From an uncultured Nanoarchaeota archaeon (lineage in GTDB: Archaea; Nanobdellota; Nanobdellia; Pacearchaeales; GW2011-AR1), in assembly GCA_963743615.1 (NCBI GenBank), contig CAVUQF010000003.1:60999-124998 (forward strand): a stretch of DNA of 64,000 nucleotides. Reading direction: 5' to 3'. The notes under the pieces were generated by a model. That model worked only from the letters and a program-made list of their open reading frames with translations. It ran no database searches and had not been told where the DNA came from. Both the position numbers and the translations under genes were made by a program. Below, piece after piece: positions 57,138 to 64,000 of this stretch (its first letter is position 1; the number at the start of each line of letters is the position of its first letter).

Positions 57138-58364
57138 ATGGATGAAATAAAAACTAAGCATAAAGTATTAAGATATTCTCTCTTTACATTATTTGGAATT
57201 CTTTTGCTGGTTGTAGGAGTTTATGCTACCACAATAATCTCGGATCAGCAAACTTCTACTCCTTATATAAATGCTTCAAATATCTCATGGATTACGAATA
57301 ATAACAAAGAAGTTGTATTCGAGGGCGATAGCATTACTGATTATGTCAATAAGCCAAACTCGACATGGAGCTTGAATGTTTCTAACTCTTCCTTGTTTGC
57401 TGATGCAGTTTTTTATAATGTTGCAATGACTGGAGATACTGTCTGTAATATGACGACAGAATATGCTTCTCAAGTCCATCCTCTCGCTCCAAAGAATAAT
57501 CAGACAAATGCGTACTTCTTTTTATGGGCCGGAACAAATGATCTTTATTATGATTCAAACTCTTCAACCATTCTCTCTTGCCTTGAGATAGAATGGGCTA
57601 TGGCTCGTGCAGATGGATTTAAAGTCGTTGCGGTTACAATCACAAATAGATCGGGAGTATATATCTTAAATGGAACACAAGAGAGCAATAGAACTGCATT
57701 GAACGGAGGAATAATAGCAGCTTCTTCCCAATATGATTATTTGATAAGAGCCGATTTGATTCTTCCAGATCCAACAAACACAACCTACTTTGTTGATGGA
57801 TTGCATCCAACTCCCGCAGGTTCTTATCTTATAGCTTCGAATTTTGTCAATAACTTTTATTCTAATCCTTATAATGAACTGAATAACTGGGAGGGAAATC
57901 TAGGAATTGGAACAACAACTCCCCCAACTGCATTAACTATAGTTGCCCCAGAAAGTTCAACCAATGGAATATTAAAGTTGCAAGTTCAGAATGGTCAGCC
58001 ATTCGATTTTGCAGGAATTTCTTTCTTTGCAAAAAGTCAATCTCCGACAGCAGGATCTCTTAATTGGATGATTTCAACAAATTATAACCAATATGGAGAG
58101 CTTAATTTTCTTAGAAGCACCAGTTCATCAACAAATCCTACAATAAGCACTTTAGATCTTATGAGTAGCGGAAATGTTGGAGTGAATACAACAGCTCCAA
58201 TTTCAACTTTGGAAGTAAATGGAAATGCAACAATAGACCAGCTTATGAATCTCTCTGTGATGAATATTCCCCCATGTGGAGCTTCGACTAATGGAAGCAT
58301 AGCTCGAAATTCAAGTGGAGATTATGTATGCGGAGCAAACGGAGTATGGAAGTTCTTGGGATAA
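57138..58364 (+). CDS. Membrane-anchored extracellular SGNH/GDSL hydrolase with a fibre-like C-terminal region (paralog 2)
   Basis: Shares with paralog 1 the N-terminal 'TIISDQQ..T.YINASNIS' and the C-terminal 'SGNVGVNTTAPISTLEVNGN' and 'PPCGASTNGSIARNSSGDYVCGANGVWKFL'. SGNH blocks 'FEGDSIT', 'GTNDL' and 'DGLHPT'. Confidence 0.6.
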   Translation: MDEIKTKHKVLRYSLFTLFGILLLVVGVYATTIISDQQTSTPYINASNISWITNNNKEVVFEGDSITDYVNKPNSTWSLNVSNSSLFADAVFYNVAMTGDTVCNMTTEYASQVHPLAPKNNQTNAYFFLWAGTNDLYYDSNSSTILSCLEIEWAMARADGFKVVAVTITNRSGVYILNGTQESNRTALNGGIIAASSQYDYLIRADLILPDPTNTTYFVDGLHPTPAGSYLIASNFVNNFYSNPYNELNNWEGNLGIGTTTPPTALTIVAPESSTNGILKLQVQNGQPFDFAGISFFAKSQSPTAGSLNWMISTNYNQYGELNFLRSTSSSTNPTISTLDLMSSGNVGVNTTAPISTLEVNGNATIDQLMNLSVMNIPPCGASTNGSIARNSSGDYVCGANGVWKFLG

Positions 58365-58365
58365 G

Positions 58366-59439
58366 ATGGAAACTAATTTAAAAAAAAAGACTGAACTGAT
58401 TTTTCTTTTAGCTTTTGCCTGCCTGATAATTCCTCTTGCTTCTGCCGTAACTTTAAGTTCTGGGGTATTCTTTGTAAGTGGGTTAAATTCTAGCATAACT
58501 ATTAATTTTCCCGTGGCTTTTGATTTATTAAACATCTCTAACGACTCTATAGTTTTTTACAATCTTAGTTATGTTCATCCTTCTAGCTGTAATGGGCAAT
58601 CTTCATTTTATAATGTTTATAGTTATGCTACTTCAAATCAAAATACTACTCTAGACCAGGTATTGCCTAGTATATCTTGTGTTGTGACCGCTAATAGCTC
58701 TTCTTCGGGGTCTGGATCAGGGGTAACTAATTATCCTCTGCTTACAACAGTTAATTCTTCCCAATCCAACGAAGCAAATTTTTCTTTAAGTACGTCCGTG
58801 TTACAAGTATTACCAATAATAAATGAGAGCCAACTTACAACAATAGAATTAGGTAATTTTTCTGGGAGTTTGACTCGAGTGGATATTATCACAAACTATA
58901 CTGTTTCAAATGTTTCTGTAAATATTTCACAAGTAAGTATAATATATCCCAATTTAGAGATAAATATTTCCGGATTTAATTATCAGTCCTTCAAAATTAC
59001 AACTCTTGGGATAAATGATTCATTAATAAAAAGTGTAACGCTGGATTTTCGTGTGAACAAAAGTTGGATTATCGTTAATAAGCTGAATTTTTCTAAGGTA
59101 ATACTACTTAGGAATACGGGGGGTGTCAAATGGATGCAATTGCAGACGATCTTTAATTCAAATGATTCTAACTATTATTATTATAATGCTACCTCTCCTG
59201 GATTTTCAAGTTATACCATATTTGCTCCATTAATTAATCCGGTATTTATTGGAGGCAGCGGGAATCGTCTGAATAATAACCTGGGAGTTATTGTCTCTAT
59301 TTTGGCAATAGTTTTTATAATTATTTGGGAGATTTTACAAATGAGGAAAAGGATATTATTCGGCAGTTCTCACAGCTTTCTTAAATTTATTAAAAAAAGA
59401 CATTATAAAAAGTTTTCTTTGAGAAAGAAGTGGAAGTAA
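58366..59439 (+). CDS. N-glycosylation-rich surface protein with signal peptide and a C-terminal TM anchor plus basic tail
   Basis: Starts 'METNLKKKTELIFLLAFACLIIPLASA'; many N-x-S/T sequons; C-terminal 'GVIVSILAIVFIIIWEIL' followed by K/R-rich residues. Confidence 0.55.
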   Translation: METNLKKKTELIFLLAFACLIIPLASAVTLSSGVFFVSGLNSSITINFPVAFDLLNISNDSIVFYNLSYVHPSSCNGQSSFYNVYSYATSNQNTTLDQVLPSISCVVTANSSSSGSGSGVTNYPLLTTVNSSQSNEANFSLSTSVLQVLPIINESQLTTIELGNFSGSLTRVDIITNYTVSNVSVNISQVSIIYPNLEINISGFNYQSFKITTLGINDSLIKSVTLDFRVNKSWIIVNKLNFSKVILLRNTGGVKWMQLQTIFNSNDSNYYYYNATSPGFSSYTIFAPLINPVFIGGSGNRLNNNLGVIVSILAIVFIIIWEILQMRKRILFGSSHSFLKFIKKRHYKKFSLRKKWK

Positions 59440-59470
59440 GTTTTATTAAATCTTAGTAGTTTTTTATAAT

Positions 59471-60085
59471 ATGACTCAGAAAAAGTCCAGAATTTTGGCG
59501 GTAGGGGATATTCATGGAAATACTCGCTTTGTGAGACAGCTAGCTGAGAAAGTTAAGGAACAAAATATTGATTTAGTGATATTGGCTGGAGATCTTGTTC
59601 TTTCAGAAGATCAGGTAACAGGCATTATTGGTCCCTTTGCAAAGTTCAAAAAGAAAGTTCTTTTGATTCCCGGGAATCATGAAACTCCGGCAACAATTGA
59701 TTTTCTTGCGGGAATGTATAACAATGTAAAAAATATTCATGGATACTCTTTTGTGAAAGATGATCTAGGGATATTTGGAGCGGGAGGAGCAGATATGGGA
59801 ATAAATATGATAAGTGATTCTGAGATCTTTTATTTATTAAAGAGAGGATATGAAGGAGTTAAAGGCCTGAAGAAAAAAATAATGGTAACACATATGCATC
59901 CCCAAGGAAGTAAATCAGAATTTTCGGGGTTTGAGGGTTCGGAGGCAATAAGAAATGCAATAAAATATTTTCAACCAGACATTTTAATTAACTCACATAT
60001 ACATGAGGCAGGGGGTATGGAAGAAACAATTGGCAAGACTAAGGTGATAAATGTTTCTGGAAAAGAGGCAATTTTTGAAATATAA
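59471..60085 (+). CDS. Calcineurin-like metallophosphoesterase
   Basis: 'AVGDIHGN', 'GNHE' and 'THMHPQG'. Confidence 0.7.
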   Translation: MTQKKSRILAVGDIHGNTRFVRQLAEKVKEQNIDLVILAGDLVLSEDQVTGIIGPFAKFKKKVLLIPGNHETPATIDFLAGMYNNVKNIHGYSFVKDDLGIFGAGGADMGINMISDSEIFYLLKRGYEGVKGLKKKIMVTHMHPQGSKSEFSGFEGSEAIRNAIKYFQPDILINSHIHEAGGMEETIGKTKVINVSGKEAIFEI

Positions 60086-60133
60086 CCTTTAAATTGTAAT
60101 AAAGAATATAAACACAATAAATCCCCCTCTTAT

Positions 60134-60688
60134 ATGGGTGAAGAAGTAGAAGTTAAGTATTTGATTAAAGAGGGGAGTAGTTTATTTGCAACGGATACGT
60201 TTCGTTCGCTTTATGGGTCCGTTCATGGTCTGGAAAATGATGTTTTAACTAATGGGGATCACATTAAGCAAGGCTATCTTGATTTGCCTACAGGAATTTT
60301 TGTAGCAAGAGGATTAGGATTAAGTTATGACTTTAATCCAACCGAAGCGCGTCTCAGATATAGAGAAGGAAAGTTTTATTTTACCTTAAAAGGAGAAGGA
60401 GGGACAAGCCGACCGGAAGAGGAAGTGGGAATTGAAGAATCTGTTTTTAATTGCTATTGGAATTCTACTTTGGGAAGAAGAATTGAAAAGTTTAGACTTG
60501 TTAAAAGCTATGAACCTATTCCTGAACTTAATGTTGAATTTGATGTGTTTATTGATGGCAGAGATCTTGTTTTGGGTGAAATAGAAGTCCCTTCGTTGGA
60601 AACATTAAAATTATTAAAACCATTAGGTGAAGATGTTAGTGAAGAGCCTAAATACAAAAATAAAAATTTAGCTCATTTTTGGAGTTAG
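60134..60688 (+). CDS. CYTH-domain (triphosphate tunnel metalloenzyme, CyaB/ThTPase-like) protein
   Basis: N-terminal 'EVEVKYLI' ExExK motif; size of about 180 aa typical of standalone CYTH. Confidence 0.45.
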   Translation: MGEEVEVKYLIKEGSSLFATDTFRSLYGSVHGLENDVLTNGDHIKQGYLDLPTGIFVARGLGLSYDFNPTEARLRYREGKFYFTLKGEGGTSRPEEEVGIEESVFNCYWNSTLGRRIEKFRLVKSYEPIPELNVEFDVFIDGRDLVLGEIEVPSLETLKLLKPLGEDVSEEPKYKNKNLAHFWS

Positions 60689-60711
60689 ACTCCAATTTGT
60701 ATAAAAACTAT

Positions 60712-61215
60712 CTACTTTACGTATAAATAAACATGACCCAGTCTTTTTTTAGGTTCCCATTTTGGGAATGTCCAGGTGTTTGAAATTATTTTCGTTCCTT
60801 TTTTCAATTCTTTTCTAAGCTTCTCTTCAAGTTCCGGCATTATGTAACTTATTTGGAAGGAAGTGATTATGTTGAATTTTGAAAAATCTTGCTTGAAGAA
60901 ATTTTTCCAATGTATAAATGCATTATTTTGCAGCCCTAATTTCTTTATCTTCATTTTGGAAAGCCAGACAAGGAAGGGATTTATTTCAAAACCGTGGGCC
61001 TCTGCCCCATATTTTGCAAATTCAATTACAATTTTTCCGTCTCCAGAACCAAGATCCGCCATTTTCTGTCCTTTCTTTATATCTGCAAGTTTAATTATCT
61101 CTTCCACTGCTTTGTTTGAGCTTGGCTGAAAGGGAGCTCCAAAGAAAAATGAGGAGAGCCATGAAAAGAAAATTAGGAGTATTATTATAAGAATAACAAG
61201 CAGGATGTTAAACAT
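60712..61215 (-). CDS. Membrane-anchored class I SAM-dependent methyltransferase (167 aa)
   Basis: N-terminal TM helix then 'ADLGSGDGKIVIE' motif I. The ORF-track extension to 61500 overlaps the topA start and is discounted. Confidence 0.55.
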   Translation of the reverse strand: MFNILLVILIIILLIFFSWLSSFFFGAPFQPSSNKAVEEIIKLADIKKGQKMADLGSGDGKIVIEFAKYGAEAHGFEINPFLVWLSKMKIKKLGLQNNAFIHWKNFFKQDFSKFNIITSFQISYIMPELEEKLRKELKKGTKIISNTWTFPKWEPKKRLGHVYLYVK

Positions 61216-61287
61216 TTTTAATAATAGTCGTGTTGATTTAAAAATCTTTATAATAAAGTTAAAAAAGCCCGTTTTTATATTAGAAAC

Positions 61288-63588
61288 ATGCATAAAAAGC
61301 AAATAAAGACGCGCGCAGAGGCAACTGCAGAAGAATATTTTCCTGTTGGTCAGAAGGATATAAAGCATGCTGTTGAAAAGAAGTATGGTGAAGAAACTAG
61401 TCCTGTATCGGAGATAAAAAAGCGTAAAGTTGTAAAAAGGACTGTTAAGAAAAAAGCGGCAAGATCTACTAAAAAAGGAAGTACAACATTTGAACCCCAA
61501 AAAGTAAAACTAAAAAAAGAGGGCTATGAATTGATTATAACCGAAAAGCCCCAGGCTGCCGGTAAGATTGCAACTTCTCTAGGTAAATCTGTTTCAAGAA
61601 ATATTGGTGGAGTTTCATATTATGAAGTTGAAAGGAATGGAAGAAAAATCTTGGTTGCATGTGCTGTAGGACATCTCTTTACACTTACTCAGAAGAATTC
61701 TGGCTCTCAGATTCCCGTTTTTGATTTGTATTGGGCTCCAAATTATCTTGTAAGAAAAAAAGATTTTACAAAGAGATATTATGATGTAATTTCAAGACTT
61801 GTAAAGGGGGCTTCTTCTGTTACAATAGCAACAGATTATGATATAGAAGGAGAGGTTATTGGATTGAATATTGTAAGATATTTGTGCGGTCAGGAAGATG
61901 CAAACAGAATGAAATTTTCAACACTTACAACATCAGAACTTAATTCATCCTATGAAAGCAAATCTCCAACTTTAAATTGGGGCCAAGCAATTGCAGGAGA
62001 AACTAGGCATTATTTAGATTGGATCTACGGAATAAATCTCTCTAGGGCCTTGATGGATGCAATAAAAACAACTGGAACATTCAAGATAATGTCCATTGGA
62101 AGAGTTCAAGGGCCTACACTTAATATTATTGTGCAAAAGGACAGACAGATTGAAGAGTTTAAATCGCAGAAGTACTGGCAGGTTTTTATTAGTGTCAAAA
62201 ATTCTCACACATTAGAATTGAAATATGACAAGGATATATTTGATAAGAAAGAACTTGATAAGTTTGATAAATTAAAGGGAAGAAAAATTTTGTTAAAGAC
62301 AGAAAAGAAGAGCCAGATTCTTCCCCCAAATCCTCCGTTTAATTTGACTGTTCTGCAGACAGAATCATACAGACTTTTTGGATTTACTCCTTCAAGAACT
62401 TTGCAGATAGCTCAATCTCTTTATCTTGGAGGAATGATTTCTTACCCTAGAACTTCAAGTCAGAAACTTCCATTCTCAGTTGAATATAAAGAAATACTGA
62501 AAAAATTATTAAAAAATTACAAGATTGCGAAATTAGCGGTGAGAGATAAGCCTGTAGAAGGTGGGAAGAATGATCCTGCGCATCCTTCAATTTTTCCAAC
62601 AGGAGAAAATATGGATGCAAACCTTGGAAGTGATGAAGCTAAAGTTTATGATTTAATTGTTAGAAGATTTATTTCCGTCTTCTGTGATGATGCCGTTGTT
62701 GATAAAAAAACAATCTCCGGAGTTGTTGATAATCTCAGATTTTTAACTAGCGGTTCTTCTGTGAAGAAAAAAGGATGGATTGAAGTTTATCCAATAAAAA
62801 TTGATGAAAGAGAAATTCCGGATGCGAATGGTGAATTTGAAATAATGAATGTAAGAAATGAAGAAAAGGAAACACAACCCCCAAGAAGATATTCTCCTGC
62901 TTCTATTTTAACTGAACTTGAAAAGAGAAATCTAGGAACAAAGGCGACTAGGGCAGCGATACTTGAAACTTTATATGATCGAAGTTATATTCAAAATAAC
63001 CGGAGTATCGAAGCCACACCCTTGGGAATGTCTCTTATTTCAACACTTGAAAAGTACTCTCCTATTATAATTGACGAAAAACTGACAAGACAATTCGAGA
63101 AGGAGATGGATTCAATACAAAATTCGCACAAAGGGTTTGTAGAAAAAGAAAATAAGATTATTGATGAAGCAAAAACTTCCTTGAACAAAATTCTTGATAA
63201 TTTCAATGAAAACAAAGGTAAGATAGGTAAGGAATTATTAGAAGCAAATTTAGATTTAAGAGAGCAGCAAAAAAGGGAAAATTTACTCAACTTATGTCCA
63301 AAGTGCAAGCAAGGGAATTTAACAATAATGTATTCAAAGAAGACCAGGAAGTATTTTGTTGCATGCAATAAATATCCCGATTGTAAGAATACTTACACTT
63401 TGCCGCCTAATGGAATAATAAAAAAGACAGATAAAATATGCGAAGAATGCGGCTTTCCAATGCTGATGAGAATTTCCAAAGGAAAGAGACCATGGATTTT
63501 CTGCTTTAATCCAGAATGTATTACCAACAAAAAAAGAATTGAGGATTACAGAATGAAAAAAGAAGCTGAGGGTAATACTAGTAATTAA
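61288..63588 (+). CDS. topA: Type IA DNA topoisomerase (topoisomerase I/III) with C-terminal zinc ribbons
   Basis: Toprim 'ELIITEKPQAAGKIA', the catalytic-Tyr region 'GGMISYPRTSSQ', and C-terminal 'CPKCKQG...CNKYPDC' and 'CEECGF...CFNPEC'. The Lys-rich 80-aa N-terminal extension is unusual. Confidence 0.85.
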   Translation: MHKKQIKTRAEATAEEYFPVGQKDIKHAVEKKYGEETSPVSEIKKRKVVKRTVKKKAARSTKKGSTTFEPQKVKLKKEGYELIITEKPQAAGKIATSLGKSVSRNIGGVSYYEVERNGRKILVACAVGHLFTLTQKNSGSQIPVFDLYWAPNYLVRKKDFTKRYYDVISRLVKGASSVTIATDYDIEGEVIGLNIVRYLCGQEDANRMKFSTLTTSELNSSYESKSPTLNWGQAIAGETRHYLDWIYGINLSRALMDAIKTTGTFKIMSIGRVQGPTLNIIVQKDRQIEEFKSQKYWQVFISVKNSHTLELKYDKDIFDKKELDKFDKLKGRKILLKTEKKSQILPPNPPFNLTVLQTESYRLFGFTPSRTLQIAQSLYLGGMISYPRTSSQKLPFSVEYKEILKKLLKNYKIAKLAVRDKPVEGGKNDPAHPSIFPTGENMDANLGSDEAKVYDLIVRRFISVFCDDAVVDKKTISGVVDNLRFLTSGSSVKKKGWIEVYPIKIDEREIPDANGEFEIMNVRNEEKETQPPRRYSPASILTELEKRNLGTKATRAAILETLYDRSYIQNNRSIEATPLGMSLISTLEKYSPIIIDEKLTRQFEKEMDSIQNSHKGFVEKENKIIDEAKTSLNKILDNFNENKGKIGKELLEANLDLREQQKRENLLNLCPKCKQGNLTIMYSKKTRKYFVACNKYPDCKNTYTLPPNGIIKKTDKICEECGFPMLMRISKGKRPWIFCFNPECITNKKRIEDYRMKKEAEGNTSN

Positions 63589-63591
63589 GAT

Positions 63592-64000
63592 CTATTCTAC
63601 TGTTACAGATTTCGCAAGGTTTCGGGGTTTGTCCACATCTAGTCCTTTTAGATCTGCAATAGAATATGCAAGAATCTGAAGAGGAATCACATTAAGTATT
63701 GGAGATAATTCTTCTAATGTTTCTGGAACCTCAATTGTATAATCTGCAATTTTTTTAATTTCAGAGTTATTTTCATTTGTTATTGCTATTATAACTCCAT
63801 TTCTTGCTCGGACTTCTTGCATATTGCTTAGTATCTTGCTAGAAGTGTCTGATTTTGTAGCAATAAATACAGTTGGCATATTTTCATCAACTAGGGCAAT
63901 AGGTCCGTGTTTCATTTCTGCGGCAGGGTATCCTTCTGCGTGGATATATGAAATTTCTTTTAACTTCAGCGCACCTTCCAATGCTACTGGGAAATTTATC
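63592..64000 (-). CDS. glmS: Glucosamine-6-phosphate synthase (GlmS), C-terminal SIS domain; gene truncated by the window edge
   Basis: '[20 protein letters not shown]' and the characteristic C-terminal end '...[11 protein letters not shown]'. Confidence 0.75.
   Translation of the reverse strand, partial: INFPVALEGALKLKEISYIHAEGYPAAEMKHGPIALVDENMPTVFIATKSDTSSKILSNMQEVRARNGVIIAITNENNSEIKKIADYTIEVPETLEELSPILNVIPLQILAYSIADLKGLDVDKPRNLAKSVTVE

Noticed and set aside
58315-58365. Upstream start of the surface-protein ORF overlapping the end of SGNH paralog 2
   Set aside because: The signal peptide begins at the Met at 58366. The upstream residues are the read-through of the preceding gene's 3' end.
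61216-61500. Upstream extension of the minus-strand methyltransferase ORF (60712..61500)
   Set aside because: It overlaps the topA start and its promoter, and the translated product is low-complexity (Phe/Leu/Ser). An internal Met at 61215 is followed by a TM helix and the MTase fold, so it is the plausible start.
1-64000. CRISPR arrays, cas genes, integrases, transposases and prophage structural genes
   Set aside because: No regularly spaced direct repeats with unique spacers were seen. No recombinase or transposase motifs were found near the four tRNA genes or elsewhere. The fibre-like C-termini of the SGNH proteins are not accompanied by capsid, portal or terminase genes.

Overview
This 64 kb window is a densely coded, AT-rich (by eye roughly one-third GC) archaeal chromosome segment. 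Archaeal hallmarks include aIF-1A, aIF-2 beta, TFS, an Elf1-like factor, Elp3, r-protein L41e, MCM, RFC small and large subunits, FEN-1, family-B DNA polymerase, Cdc48, an archaeal-type ThrRS with an N-terminal editing domain, and a tRNA carrying an intron. A DPANN-like lineage is suggested by the small proteins, the tRNA-Ile(UAU), many surface proteins, and bacterial-type cell-wall hydrolases. I call about 65 protein genes and four tRNAs (Asn-GUU, Ile-UAU with a 47-nt intron, Glu-UUC, Lys-CUU). Beyond these I call one hairpin plus T-tract terminator and three promoter/operator elements. I found no CRISPR array, integrase or transposase.

The core content is a replication, translation and cell-division set: FtsZ, GatC-Nudix-GatA, MnmA, MCM plus an RPA2-like OB protein, ThrRS, TrpRS, PheS-HIT-PheT, RFC-S and RFC-L, FEN-1, PolB, NSUN plus a Nip7-like protein, MetAP2, Cdc48, Lhr-like helicase and topoisomerase IA.

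The accessory or unusual loci are these:
- a membrane-anchored DAC (c-di-AMP cyclase-like) protein with inverted topology, translationally coupled to signal peptidase;
- a surface protein whose cytoplasmic tail resembles a degenerate nucleotide-cyclase palm domain;
- a CYTH protein next to a metallophosphoesterase, in a window that also holds three Nudix hydrolases, three metallophosphoesterases and a HIT protein;
- tandem paralogous secreted SGNH-esterase/fibre-like proteins next to a wHTH regulator and an N-glycan-rich surface protein;
- a SleB-type peptidoglycan hydrolase;
- a Cys/Gly-rich repetitive secreted protein;
- a short HerA-like ATPase paired with a small protein;
- a Zn-ribbon/AbrB regulator upstream of Cdc48, preceded by three phased direct repeats and followed by a GC-rich structured intergenic element;
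- paired palindromes over the ftsZ promoter.

All calls come from reading the sequence and the ORF translations against remembered family motifs. No database search was run.
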